In this document: one piece after another, positions 20,780 to 30,887 of the stretch
Layout of the letters: every line of letters begins with the position of its first letter
How positions within the stretch are numbered: position 1 is the stretch's first letter
Source of the DNA: a virus
Length of the DNA stretch: 64,000 bases
Direction: 5' to 3' (one strand)
IMG/VR virus record: IMGVR_UViG_3300023176_002545
Notes under the pieces: model-generated
What the model was told of the DNA's origin: nothing
Database searches by the model: none
Seen by the model: the letters and a program-made list of their open reading frames with translations, nothing else
Translations under genes and position numbers: made by a program

Positions 20780-22324
20780 ATGGCAGAAGTAACACTAGGA
20801 CAAGGTATTACAGCAGCACAGTATAATGATCTAAGAACTAGAATGTTAGCTGTATGCAGTGATTACGGACTTACTCAAACAGTTATTGAATCCTATCTAG
20901 GAACTACATGGCCTGCTAAAACAGCAGGTTCTACAATTTCAAACACAGACTGGGATAAACTATTCCTTGTAATTTACTGGTGTCGTGTTCATCAATCTAA
21001 CGCTCCTGATGTTGGAATACCACAAACAGCAGATTTTAATCAATTTACCAATGCAACACCTATACAAGCTGGTGACGGCTATGAATACAATACTACTACA
21101 GGTGAACCAATTGGTCCTGGTCCAGACGGTCTAGATCGAGGTTATAACGATCTAGAAGAAGCAGTTCAACTTTGTGAAGAATTTTCATTAACACACGCAG
21201 CAGGACAATTTACTGACGGTGCTAGTCAAGCTACTAGTGCAGACACAAGTTCAACAGCTTGGGGCGGAGGCGTCAACGATAGTAACCTTGGCGGATCACC
21301 AGGTTTTGAACTTGTTGGTGACAACAGTTTAGGTCAAATTAGAAGAGAATTTGATATTGTGTTTACTAATAGTACTACTCGTGATAAATTTTTTGCTATG
21401 GGCGGCGAAGTAACAATGTACGCAAGACTTACAAATTCAAATGGCGTTCCTTTTACAAGCAATCCCGGCGGAGCAAAAGCAAACTGGTGGTACAATCATT
21501 TGAACGTTGCAAATCCTGTCAACTTTGTAATAAACAAACAACTTTTTGATATACTAACAACATCATATCAAACAGTAATTCAAAAGTTTGATAGTGATGA
21601 CAACACTTATCAGTTAAACACAACTAAAATTGAAATGAAACGCAACGCTAATAATAGTGTTATTAGTGTAAAAATAGTATGTGCTGATAACGATAGATCT
21701 TCAAAACAATGGCCAGATGAGCCACGTGATGAAAATGTAGGTCAACGTGTCGCTACCTGGTGTTCAATTAAAACTATTACAGGTGCAACCAATCCATTAT
21801 TTAATACTGTTGGATCACTACCTTCAGTTTCTATAACACAAGCCTGGGTAGTAGAAGCAATTACAGGTCAAGCACCTCCGTCTGCACCTCCAACTCCTCC
21901 AGGTCCTTTTACTCTTAGTGTTTCACAAAAAGGTGATATAACAGGTGCTGGTACAACTTCTTACACACTAGGTACATTTACTATTCCAGCAGAATACTGG
22001 AAGGTTAATGTAAATTTCTCTACTTTTGCCGACGGTAATACCACTTATATCTTTGGAATATTTAAAGATAGGTCTTACTATGGCGGAGACAATCGATTAA
22101 GAATTTACGAAGGTACTACTAGTGGTACTGTTGTGTACGACAGTGGACTTGTTTTAGGCAGAGTTACTGGTTATACATCTAGAAATATTCAAGCACAGTT
22201 TTTAAAAACTATGAACGGCAGCCAGTTATATACTGCACAATTTACCAGTTACGAAGCCAGTGCTGCCCAATGTAATACAGGTTGTACAGTAACAATAACA
22301 GCAGACTTTACTGGCTTCGAATAA
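20780..22324 (+). CDS. Putative virion structural protein with Pro-rich linker and extra C-terminal beta domain, 514 aa
   Basis: Paralog of 19769; QAPPSAPPTPPGP linker followed by about 130 aa of beta-rich sequence. Confidence 0.6.
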   Translation: MAEVTLGQGITAAQYNDLRTRMLAVCSDYGLTQTVIESYLGTTWPAKTAGSTISNTDWDKLFLVIYWCRVHQSNAPDVGIPQTADFNQFTNATPIQAGDGYEYNTTTGEPIGPGPDGLDRGYNDLEEAVQLCEEFSLTHAAGQFTDGASQATSADTSSTAWGGGVNDSNLGGSPGFELVGDNSLGQIRREFDIVFTNSTTRDKFFAMGGEVTMYARLTNSNGVPFTSNPGGAKANWWYNHLNVANPVNFVINKQLFDILTTSYQTVIQKFDSDDNTYQLNTTKIEMKRNANNSVISVKIVCADNDRSSKQWPDEPRDENVGQRVATWCSIKTITGATNPLFNTVGSLPSVSITQAWVVEAITGQAPPSAPPTPPGPFTLSVSQKGDITGAGTTSYTLGTFTIPAEYWKVNVNFSTFADGNTTYIFGIFKDRSYYGGDNRLRIYEGTTSGTVVYDSGLVLGRVTGYTSRNIQAQFLKTMNGSQLYTAQFTSYEASAAQCNTGCTVTITADFTGFE

Positions 22325-22332
22325 ATTCAGTC

Positions 22333-22361
22333 TTGACAAAATTTATCAAATAGTGTAATAT
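22333..22361 (+). promoter_or_regulatory. Sigma70-like promoter TTGACA-N17-TAATAT
   Basis: Perfect -35 at 22333-22338, 17-nt spacer, 4/6 match at -10; GAGG Shine-Dalgarno before ATG 22386; marks the start of the enzyme island. Confidence 0.6.
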
Positions 22362-22385
22362 ATACTAATACACATGAGGTAAATT

Positions 22386-22730
22386 ATGGATCCAAGATTA
22401 GAAAAAGTTCTAGAAGATGTAAATCATATACATTCAATCAACAATCAAAAAAGATTGCTCAAAGAAAAGTATTACGAAGACAGGGTAGTGTTTTCTAATG
22501 GTGGAAAATTTACAGTAACAGATTCTTTTATTGCTTTTGTTAAAGAAGCATCTGCTAACGGAATTATACATTTTATAGATGATAACGATATTCCTGTTGA
22601 GATTGAAGATGTAGACACTTTCTACAACACAATCGTTAACACATATAAAACAGCCACAACACAGTACTATCAAAAGTATAACGCTTTAGTTGAAAGTTCT
22701 AGGAATATAGAGGAATTGCTGTCAATATGA
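22386..22730 (+). CDS. Hypothetical protein, 114 aa
   Basis: GAGG SD; ATGA overlap with the next gene. Confidence 0.7.
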   Translation: MDPRLEKVLEDVNHIHSINNQKRLLKEKYYEDRVVFSNGGKFTVTDSFIAFVKEASANGIIHFIDDNDIPVEIEDVDTFYNTIVNTYKTATTQYYQKYNALVESSRNIEELLSI

Positions 22731-23584
22731 CCACAGGCGTTTTGTTATTTGCATATAACAATACCGCGATTGATTATGTTAAACAAGCAATATACAATGC
22801 AAAACTTGTAAAAAAGCATCTCAATCTTCCGGTAGTTATTGTTACAGATAGTGTTAACTATCTTGAAAAGGCTTTTCCTTTTTATAAGAAATATGTTGAT
22901 CAAGTAATCTTTAAAGATACTGATAAAACCTTTCAAACTAGAGAGTTCTTTGGCGGCGAGCATTTTTCAACAAAAGCAGAATGGAAAAATGTTAATCGAG
23001 GAACAGCATATGATATATCTCCATTTGATACAACAATAGTATTAGATACTGACTATCTAATTAACAATGACAACCTTTTAAAAGTAATTGATCAGCCAGA
23101 CGACTTATTCATATACAAAGATTCTTGTGATATTTCATATGCTAGACAACTCAAAGGTCTAGAAAGAATATCAGATGATACGTTAGATTTTTACTGGGCT
23201 ACAGTATTAGTTTTTAAGAAAACAGAAAGAACTAAAAAGTTGTTTGATCTAGTAAATTGTATTAAACGTCACTATCACTACTTTAGAACTCTTTATAGAA
23301 TAACACCTAAATTGTATAGAAATGATTATGCATTTAGTATTGCTATACACATACTAAATGGATATCAAAAAACAGAGTGGCCAAAACAACCTCCTGGAAA
23401 AATGATATATTCTAGTCCTGCTGATGATTTAATTAGTATAAAAGATGAAAAGTATATATTTGCACTTGGACACGACAAACGTCCAGACAAAGTTAACATA
23501 GTTACAGTTGAAGATCTTAATTTACACGTTATGAACAAGTTACATTTAAACGATTTAATTACTTGGGAGTTTGATCTTGAGTAA
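22727..23584 (+). CDS. GT-A fold glycosyltransferase-like protein (GT8-like), 285 aa
   Basis: SPFDTTIVLDTDYL DxD motif, FYWATVLVF, late RNDYAFSIA and LHVMNK segments resembling GT8. Confidence 0.6.
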   Translation: MTTGVLLFAYNNTAIDYVKQAIYNAKLVKKHLNLPVVIVTDSVNYLEKAFPFYKKYVDQVIFKDTDKTFQTREFFGGEHFSTKAEWKNVNRGTAYDISPFDTTIVLDTDYLINNDNLLKVIDQPDDLFIYKDSCDISYARQLKGLERISDDTLDFYWATVLVFKKTERTKKLFDLVNCIKRHYHYFRTLYRITPKLYRNDYAFSIAIHILNGYQKTEWPKQPPGKMIYSSPADDLISIKDEKYIFALGHDKRPDKVNIVTVEDLNLHVMNKLHLNDLITWEFDLE

Positions 23585-24350
23585 AGGATTTTTAATTTTT
23601 GCACAACCAAACGGAAAAACGGATTATGTTGCACAAGCAGAACTGCTAAAAGCAAGTATTAAAAAATACTGCAACATTAATGATGTTACTATTATTAGTG
23701 AGTTTGAAGAAGATCATGCAAAAAACAGTGAGTGGAAAATAGAAAATCGTTGGAAAGCCTACGAGCTTAGTCCTTATGATGAAACTATTGTACTAGATGC
23801 AGACATGTTGTTTTTTAGGAATGTTGACGATTGGTGGGATAAGTTTTCTAACTATGATATGTTTTTTACTACTGATGTGCTAACATATAGAAAAGAAATA
23901 GCAACTAGCGTTTATTATAGAAAAACATTTATAAAAAATAAATTGCCAAATATCTATACAGCATTTTATTATTTTAAAAAGACACCAAAGACTGAAGCAG
24001 TGTTTAAATTGTTAAAAAGTATTACACTTAATTGGAAGACCTATTATAACATATACCTAAAGAGCATGTTTCAGTCAGGACAGAGTTTTGATTTGAACAT
24101 GGCTCTTGCAATATACATACTAGGTTTAGAAAACGAAACGTCAGATAAAACATTAGTTCCTACGTTTATACATTTAAAACCAAAAATGCAAAATTGGGAT
24201 AAACCTTCAGACAGTGCTGTTGATAGAATACCAGTATATCAATTTGATGATAAACTTATGCTTGACAGTTATATGTTAAATGACATATTGCACTACGTTG
24301 AAGATAAGTTTGTCACTTCTGAAGTCAAGGAGTTTTTTAATGTTAGCTGA
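23571..24350 (+). CDS. GT-A fold glycosyltransferase-like protein (GT8-like), paralog of 22727; TTG start (23571 or 23577)
   Basis: SPYDETIVLDADML DxD motif; FDLNMALA; FIHLKP. Confidence 0.6.
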   Translation: MILSKGFLIFAQPNGKTDYVAQAELLKASIKKYCNINDVTIISEFEEDHAKNSEWKIENRWKAYELSPYDETIVLDADMLFFRNVDDWWDKFSNYDMFFTTDVLTYRKEIATSVYYRKTFIKNKLPNIYTAFYYFKKTPKTEAVFKLLKSITLNWKTYYNIYLKSMFQSGQSFDLNMALAIYILGLENETSDKTLVPTFIHLKPKMQNWDKPSDSAVDRIPVYQFDDKLMLDSYMLNDILHYVEDKFVTSEVKEFFNVS

Positions 24351-24867
24351 TAGACTTAAAGAAGTTTTAGAAAATCAAAGAAAACTTGCAACGCAAAAGT
24401 TTTATGTTTCTTTTGATGAAACAGGGAGAATAACAAGTGTATTTGCAAGCTCAGATGAACCACCGGAAAATTCTGTTGAAATAGATACTACTTTAGCAGA
24501 AGGATTTTTAAGTGGCACAGTGATGAAAACAAAATACACTGTTGCAAAAATTGGTGATAGTCATCAACTTCAAAAAGTAGAACAGCAGTTTAATCTAACG
24601 TCTGGTTCTTCTTTTTATAAAGCACCTGTTGCTAAACAATTAGTTACTCTATTGATTAACAAAAATAAAAATATGCTAACTGTGTTAAACGGAGACAACC
24701 TTGATGGCTCAGCAGTTTTTTATATTTGTGAAAAAAATTGCTTCCATAAACTTAAACAATCTTTAGTATATGATCCTGTAACAAATGTTTATGCATTAAA
24801 TGCAACTGAAAATATTGACATTTACATTCCTGCACACATAAGAAATGTAGGAGTTCAATATGAGTGA
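24340..24867 (+). CDS. Hypothetical protein, 175 aa
   Basis: Start moved to ATG 24340 (AAGGAG SD at 24327-24332); overlaps both neighbours. Confidence 0.6.
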   Translation: MLADRLKEVLENQRKLATQKFYVSFDETGRITSVFASSDEPPENSVEIDTTLAEGFLSGTVMKTKYTVAKIGDSHQLQKVEQQFNLTSGSSFYKAPVAKQLVTLLINKNKNMLTVLNGDNLDGSAVFYICEKNCFHKLKQSLVYDPVTNVYALNATENIDIYIPAHIRNVGVQYE

Positions 24868-26206
24868 TTTTAAATTAAGACTAACTGACTTTGATTTTTA
24901 TTTTTTAGATCAAGGAAGTCCTAATGCAGAAGAAAATTTTTATGATCTAAAAAATAAAATACCTTGGGCTCAGAGGACTTCTAAACTTCCTAAAAAAGAT
25001 TATTTTGTAATAACGGACGACTCAAAACTAAACGATAAGTTTTTAAATCAACCTTTAATTTTTGAAGAAGCAGTAAGAAATGCTACAATTAACTGGCACA
25101 ACAAAAGTATAGTAAATCATTTGACATACGAAACATCTGGTGTGCAGTGGAAAGGCGGAACAGATTTTAGTTTTACTATTGATCATCCAGGTGCAGAAGT
25201 ATATCATGCAGATACGCCTGAACAAGCATACGAAAGTGCCTATAAAGAAATTAAAAATATTCTTGATGGAAAATCATTAGCAAATATTACAGAAGCCGAA
25301 CGCAAAAGAATTTTGATATGGAACTATCTAGGTCTTGATACAGAGAACGGTGATGCTTGTATAAGAGGTGCTCGTGCTGCTTGTAAAGAAATGCTGAGTT
25401 TAACTGAGTGGGCATCTTTGCCTATTGGTTCTCCTTTAACTACATTGCAGTGTCATTTTTATAAAATGGTATACAAAAGCCCTCATAGAATCAGCGGCAA
25501 CATAAAAGAAAACGAAGTTAGTCGTTATGACATTGTGTTTATAAGTTATAATGAGCCTAATGCAGAAGAAAACTGGCAATCATTAAAAGCACGTTTTCCA
25601 AGAGCTCAAAGAGTACACGGAGTAAAAGGTATACATCAAGCACACAAAAAGGCCGCAGAACTGTGTACTAGTCCAATGTTTTGGGTGGTAGACGGTGATG
25701 CAAAGATTGAAGAAGAGTTTAGGTTTACATATAAAGTACCAGATGTTGAATTAGATTTTGTACATGTATGGAGAAGTCGTAATCCTGTTAACGATTTAAT
25801 ATATGGATATGGCGGAATTAAATTATTGCCTAGAGAACTTACATTGAATATGAATATAGATACTGCGGATATGACAACAAGTATTAGCAGCAAGTTTAAA
25901 CCTATGCCTATTGTATCTAATGTTACAGCGTTTAATACTGATCCTTTTAACACTTGGAAAAGTGCATTTAGAGAATGTGTAAAACTAGCGTCACGCTCTA
26001 TTGACAGACAGCATGATGAAGAAACCGAATACAGACTAACACAGTGGCAGTTTGAAGGAAATAAAAGACGTTATGGAGAATACGCACAAATGGGTGCAAA
26101 ACAAGGTCAAGAATACGGTGAAGCTAATGCTGATAAACCTGAAGCACTTAAAAAGATAAACGATTTTGATTGGCTTAAAGAGAGGTTTGAAAATGAAAAT
26201 ACGTGA
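24860..26206 (+). CDS. Glycosyltransferase-like protein (GT-A/GT2-like) with a degenerate N-terminal duplicate domain, 448 aa
   Basis: C-terminal half YDIVFISYNEPNAEENW..L...FP.A.RV.GV.G...AH..AA...FWVVDGD; the N-terminus repeats the same opening (FYFLDQGSPNAEENFYDLK..IPWAQR). Confidence 0.55.
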   Translation: MSDFKLRLTDFDFYFLDQGSPNAEENFYDLKNKIPWAQRTSKLPKKDYFVITDDSKLNDKFLNQPLIFEEAVRNATINWHNKSIVNHLTYETSGVQWKGGTDFSFTIDHPGAEVYHADTPEQAYESAYKEIKNILDGKSLANITEAERKRILIWNYLGLDTENGDACIRGARAACKEMLSLTEWASLPIGSPLTTLQCHFYKMVYKSPHRISGNIKENEVSRYDIVFISYNEPNAEENWQSLKARFPRAQRVHGVKGIHQAHKKAAELCTSPMFWVVDGDAKIEEEFRFTYKVPDVELDFVHVWRSRNPVNDLIYGYGGIKLLPRELTLNMNIDTADMTTSISSKFKPMPIVSNVTAFNTDPFNTWKSAFRECVKLASRSIDRQHDEETEYRLTQWQFEGNKRRYGEYAQMGAKQGQEYGEANADKPEALKKINDFDWLKERFENENT

Positions 26207-27104
26207 TATTGATATTATCTATTTGTCATATGACGAACCTAATGCAGATGAAAACTATGCCGATCTGCTTAAAAAAGCACCTTGGGCTAAACGTGTACAC
26301 GGCGTAGAAGGATCAGATGCCGCACACAAAGCCTGTGCAGAACTTGCAGAAACAGAACGATTTATTACTGTTGACGGTGACAATAAAATTTATGCTGACT
26401 TCTTAGAACAAGAAATAGATTTTAAACAACATCCTTATATGAAAAATGCTGTACTAAGTTGGTGCGGATATAATGTAATCAACGGACTTATGTACAGCAA
26501 TGGCGGTTTAAAATGTTGGCCAAAAGATGTTGTACTAAACATGAAAACACATGAAGCAAGTGAATCAAACGATATTGCTGCTCAAGTAGAATTTTGCTGG
26601 AACTTGGATTATATACAAATGAATAGTTGTTATTCAAAGGTATATAATAACGCTACACCTGCACAAGCATGGAGAGCAGGCTTCCGTGAAGGTGTTAAAA
26701 TGTGTTTGGACAGAGGTCGAAAGTTTAACAGTATAACATTCAAAGATGAAGTCTACTGGCAGAATCTGCATAGACTAATGATATGGCAAATGGTAGGTGC
26801 AGATGTTGAACATGGTATGTGGGCAATATATGGAGCACGATTAGGTTGTGTAATGACTAATCTTGAAAATTGGGATTATGTACAAGTTAGAGATTTTAAG
26901 TACCTAAATAGTCTATGGGAAGAAATAACTCAAGATGTAGATGATACTAATATATTGTGGAAAGTAAGAAAGTTAGGATTTAGACTACAGCAAGAATTAG
27001 GATTGCCTGTTGACTTGCCGTTTACTAGAATTCAAAGCGAAATGTTCAAAGACAGTTATACAAATACAGATCGCACAGGTCAAGGATTTATTGATGTTGA
27101 ATAA
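26193..27104 (+). CDS. Glycosyltransferase-like protein, paralog of the C-terminal domain of 24860
   Basis: DIIYLSYDEPNADENY..L....PWAKRVHGVEG..AAH..CA...FITVDGD; start moved to ATG 26193. Confidence 0.55.
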   Translation: MKIRDIDIIYLSYDEPNADENYADLLKKAPWAKRVHGVEGSDAAHKACAELAETERFITVDGDNKIYADFLEQEIDFKQHPYMKNAVLSWCGYNVINGLMYSNGGLKCWPKDVVLNMKTHEASESNDIAAQVEFCWNLDYIQMNSCYSKVYNNATPAQAWRAGFREGVKMCLDRGRKFNSITFKDEVYWQNLHRLMIWQMVGADVEHGMWAIYGARLGCVMTNLENWDYVQVRDFKYLNSLWEEITQDVDDTNILWKVRKLGFRLQQELGLPVDLPFTRIQSEMFKDSYTNTDRTGQGFIDVE

Positions 27105-28479
27105 ACTAGTAAAAAAATTTGCTAGACAGCTAAAGATTGTAAAAGATCCTATTGACCGTATGACTGAAGTAAAAGAAATTACGGATAAAGTTTCTCCTAC
27201 ATTTTGTTTGGCAAAATGGCATCACACTACAATATATTTACAAACAGGTGAAACGCATAGTTGTTATCATCCTGCACCGCATATTATTCCCTTACACGAA
27301 CTTGAAAACAATCCTAGTGCCCTACACAATACAGTAGAAAAGAAATTACAGCGACGAGAAATGATGGCAGGACTAAAACCTAAAGGGTGTCAGTACTGCT
27401 GGAATATAGAGTGCATGGGCAAAGACTATGTAAGTGACAGGCATGAAAGAAATGCTGGAATCTATACAAAAGAACGATTAGCAGAAATTGTAGACAATGA
27501 TTGGGACTTTAATATTAATCCAGAGTATATTGAAGTTTCATTTGGTAATGAGTGTAATTTAAAATGTGGATACTGTCATCCTAAAGCAAGTAGTAGTTAC
27601 TTTAAAGAAATAGAAGAATATGGCCCTTATGATATGGTTAAAAACCATTCATTTGATACCCGCCGTATGCGTATATACAAAAAGGAAGAAGAAAACCCTT
27701 ATGTACAAGCATGGTGGGACTGGTGGCCCCAGGTAAGTAAAACGCTGAACATATTACGCATTACAGGAGGTGAGCCACTTTTGCAACAGAGTACTTGGCG
27801 TTTGCTTGAGGACCTATCCGAGAATCCTCGTCCTAATCTTGAAATCAATATTAACAGTAATCTTGCTGTTAAAAATATACTTGTAAAACGTCTTGCAGAA
27901 AGGGTTAACAAGTTAATTGAAGAAAAGAAAATTAAACGGTTTAAATTGTTTACTAGTATGGACACTTGGGGAACACCTGCAGAATATATTAGAACTAACT
28001 TAGACTTGTCTGTTTGGGAAAAGAACTTTGATACATGGATGACACAAACAGATCAACCTATTACATTTATGGTTACATTTAATGTGTTGTGTGTAACTAC
28101 ATTTAACAAACTGCTTGAAAAGTTTTTAGAGTGGAGACAGAAATATCAAACTGGTACAAGACGCATACGTTTTGATACACCTTATCTAAAAGAACCTTTG
28201 CAGTACGATATGAATATACTTCCTAAAAGTTTTATGAGTTATATGGAAAGTCATTTAGAATTTATCAAAAGCAATCTAGATGACTATGACGTAAACAAAT
28301 TTACAAAACTTGAATATGAAAAGTTTCGTCGTGTTGTAGATTACATGCGTACTACAAACTATGACGAAGAAACCTTAGATATAGGACGAAAAGATTTTGT
28401 TGCTTGGTTTAAAGAACATGATAGACGTCGAGGAACAAATTTTGCTAAAACGTTTCCTGAATTACATGGTATTTTTTGA
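27094..28479 (+). CDS. Radical SAM enzyme (#1) with N-terminal Twitch/SPASM-like Cys module
   Basis: CNLKCGYC, GGEP; N-terminal FCLAKW...SCYH...CQYCW; start at ATG 27094 with AAGGA SD. Confidence 0.9.
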   Translation: MLNKLVKKFARQLKIVKDPIDRMTEVKEITDKVSPTFCLAKWHHTTIYLQTGETHSCYHPAPHIIPLHELENNPSALHNTVEKKLQRREMMAGLKPKGCQYCWNIECMGKDYVSDRHERNAGIYTKERLAEIVDNDWDFNINPEYIEVSFGNECNLKCGYCHPKASSSYFKEIEEYGPYDMVKNHSFDTRRMRIYKKEEENPYVQAWWDWWPQVSKTLNILRITGGEPLLQQSTWRLLEDLSENPRPNLEININSNLAVKNILVKRLAERVNKLIEEKKIKRFKLFTSMDTWGTPAEYIRTNLDLSVWEKNFDTWMTQTDQPITFMVTFNVLCVTTFNKLLEKFLEWRQKYQTGTRRIRFDTPYLKEPLQYDMNILPKSFMSYMESHLEFIKSNLDDYDVNKFTKLEYEKFRRVVDYMRTTNYDEETLDIGRKDFVAWFKEHDRRRGTNFAKTFPELHGIF

Positions 28480-29691
28480 TGGATACGTTGGGTCGTTGAT
28501 TAACTGATTACCTAAGTAATTTTGAGCAGATTCGATAAGTCTTAAAAATTCACTAATTGTGTAATCATTATAATCAGCAAATTTATAATTGTAGTCTAAT
28601 AAATCTTCATTTTTTAATGACCAATCAATTTGTTGTGAACGTGTCATTTTAGAAAGCATAGTACACACACGAACTATTTCTTTTTCTAATTTATTCCAGC
28701 GTTTAACAATGTCTGGTTCAAAGTCAAACTCGTAGTCAAACCAATCAGTGTATAATTTATAACCTAGTCTTTGAAGATTATAGTTTTGTCCTGTTTGTCC
28801 CCATATAAGCACAGGTGTTTTACATACGATAGGTTTAAAAGTTTTTTCGCTATAGAATAAACTAGTTTCTCCCCAATCACTTTGCATAGTTTCAGAAGTG
28901 AGATTAAACAATACTTGATTTTGTAAACCTACTCCTAAATCGTCAGCCCAGTTAGTTTCAAAGTCGGTTGTATCTGCAATAAGAGGAGTAACCCTTGTTA
29001 GAGTTTGTTCCATTTCTTTAGTAAAAAATTTGTTGGCTTTATATTCTTTTGGGTTTAATCGGTCATGACTAAGCAAACCATACTGTGCTACACCTGCTTC
29101 GTGCAGCCTCCAAGTACAATAACTACGCCAAAATCTATTACGTCTAGTTAAGTTAAGATAAAACTTTCCTTGATAGTTTTGTTCTAAACTTTGTCTACGG
29201 CTAAATCTTCTTTTGCCTTCTGTCATCATAACTTTTTGAAAAGTATCCCAATGCATAATTTCAATAATGTTGATAGGATAGTAATCACCGTGTGTGATAT
29301 GGAAATTTTTAAAATTTGCTTTTTCTCTAAGATTTCCGCTTAAGAAAAATATAGCAGATGGATCTATGTTATTTTTTATTGCACTATTATATAATGCTAT
29401 AGCAACGCTTTGATGTTCTGGTGCCCAACCTTCGTGTGTACCATCTAATATAAAGATACATTTTCTTTGTCGTAACATATCAAGATAAAATGGTTTTATT
29501 GAGCTAAACACATCTGTATCTGTATCAAAAGGAGCATCATAGGAATAGTGTGCAAACAGGACAGTTATACTATTATAAGATCCTTTTTTAAGTAGAGGTA
29601 TATGTTTTTTATAGTGATAAAAGCAGCCAATCTCACTTGGGCACTCTCTAAAATATTTGGTGTTGATAAGCCAGTCTGTTAGGTGTTGCAT
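28462..29691 (-). CDS. GT-B glycosyltransferase-like protein (GT10/fucosyltransferase-like motif), 409 aa
   Basis: FNLTSET...FYSEKTFKPI..KTPVLIWG resembles the GT10 F.L.FEN...Y.TEK....P...G donor-binding motif; divergent from ugd. Confidence 0.45.
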   Translation of the reverse strand: MQHLTDWLINTKYFRECPSEIGCFYHYKKHIPLLKKGSYNSITVLFAHYSYDAPFDTDTDVFSSIKPFYLDMLRQRKCIFILDGTHEGWAPEHQSVAIALYNSAIKNNIDPSAIFFLSGNLREKANFKNFHITHGDYYPINIIEIMHWDTFQKVMMTEGKRRFSRRQSLEQNYQGKFYLNLTRRNRFWRSYCTWRLHEAGVAQYGLLSHDRLNPKEYKANKFFTKEMEQTLTRVTPLIADTTDFETNWADDLGVGLQNQVLFNLTSETMQSDWGETSLFYSEKTFKPIVCKTPVLIWGQTGQNYNLQRLGYKLYTDWFDYEFDFEPDIVKRWNKLEKEIVRVCTMLSKMTRSQQIDWSLKNEDLLDYNYKFADYNDYTISEFLRLIESAQNYLGNQLINDPTYPSKNTM

Positions 29692-29702
29692 TGAAAATCC
29701 AT

Positions 29703-29729
29703 TAAATACTCAGTTAACTAAGATATTTA
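29703..29729. promoter_or_regulatory. Crossed divergent TAAATA motifs (+ at 29703-29708; - at 29724-29729)
   Basis: One motif on each strand in a 50-nt divergent gap, 33 and 32 nt from their respective ATGs. Confidence 0.45.
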
Positions 29730-29741
29730 TGAAGGTACAAT

Positions 29742-30872
29742 ATGAGAATAGCATTTATTGGTTTAGGAAAACTAGGACTACCCTGTGCAGAAGAAATAGC
29801 CAAGAGCGGTCACATAGTTTCAGGATATGATATTGTTGAATGCAATACAAATAACGTCAAACAGTTGCCAACAATACAAGAAACTGTAGAAGGTCAAGAG
29901 ATTGTATTTGTTGCTGTACCAACGCCACACGACCCTGCATATGACGGTAGAGCTCCTACAGCACACCTAGAGCCAAAAGATTTCAGTTACGATATTGTTA
30001 AAGACGTTTTAACAGAATGTAACAAGCACATGAACAAAGACCAACTGCTTGTTTTAATCAGTACAGTGTTACCTGGAACAACTCGTAGAGAATTTATTAA
30101 TTTAGTACCTAATACACGATTTGTGTATAATCCGTATTTGATTGCTATGGGCACAGTTGCATGGGACATGGTAAATCCTGAAATGGTAATGATTGGAACA
30201 GATGATGGCAGTGAAACAGGTGACGCAAAACAGTTGGTAGACTTCTACAAAACTGTAATGCAAAATGATCCACGTTACGTTATTGGTACTTGGGACGAAT
30301 GTGAAGCAATCAAAGTTTTTTATAATACATTTATTAGTACAAAGATTGGACTAGTAAACATGATACAAGATGTTGCACAAAAGCAAGGCAACATCAATGT
30401 TGATGTAGTTACCAAAGCACTAGCAGAAAGTTCGCAACGTATCATGGGTCCTAGTTATATGAAGGCAGGCATGGGCGACGGTGGTGCTTGTCATCCTAGA
30501 GATAATATTGCACTACGTTACATGGCAAAAAATCTACATTTAGGATACGACATTTTTGATAGTATTATGAACGCTAGAGAAATACAAGCACGTAACATGG
30601 CTATTGAAATACTCAAATATGGAAACAAAGTACAGTTTAGTAGTGACAGTTATAAACCAGGTGTAGAATATATAGACGGCAGTTATAGTTTACTAGTACA
30701 GCATTATGTTAAAGAATTAGGTGGCTGGATAGTAGATAAAGATCCTAGCGTATTTGTAAGAGTACATGATACAGATGCAGTACCTGAAAATGTTACTGTT
30801 TTTGACCCTTGGCGTAATTATGAGGGCCAAAATCCTGTAGTACACTATGGAAATACTAGACACAGCAAGTGA
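29742..30872 (+). CDS. ugd: UDP-glucose/GDP-mannose 6-dehydrogenase family protein
   Basis: Rossmann IGLGKLG, VAVPTP, STVLPGT, YNP, EAIKVFYN, catalytic GxGDGGACHPRD. Confidence 0.9.
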   Translation: MRIAFIGLGKLGLPCAEEIAKSGHIVSGYDIVECNTNNVKQLPTIQETVEGQEIVFVAVPTPHDPAYDGRAPTAHLEPKDFSYDIVKDVLTECNKHMNKDQLLVLISTVLPGTTRREFINLVPNTRFVYNPYLIAMGTVAWDMVNPEMVMIGTDDGSETGDAKQLVDFYKTVMQNDPRYVIGTWDECEAIKVFYNTFISTKIGLVNMIQDVAQKQGNINVDVVTKALAESSQRIMGPSYMKAGMGDGGACHPRDNIALRYMAKNLHLGYDIFDSIMNAREIQARNMAIEILKYGNKVQFSSDSYKPGVEYIDGSYSLLVQHYVKELGGWIVDKDPSVFVRVHDTDAVPENVTVFDPWRNYEGQNPVVHYGNTRHSK

Positions 30873-30885
30873 AATATGTTATAAT
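30857..30885 (+). promoter_or_regulatory. Sigma70-like promoter TAGACA-N17-TATAAT with extended -10 (TG)
   Basis: -35 at 30857-30862, -10 at 30880-30885; the ATG at 30891 lies 5 nt downstream, implying a leaderless mRNA. Confidence 0.6.
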
Positions 30886-30887
30886 TA

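Noticed and set aside
28462-29691. Firm call as alpha-1,3-fucosyltransferase
   Set aside because: Only a partial motif resemblance; kept as GT10-like with low confidence.
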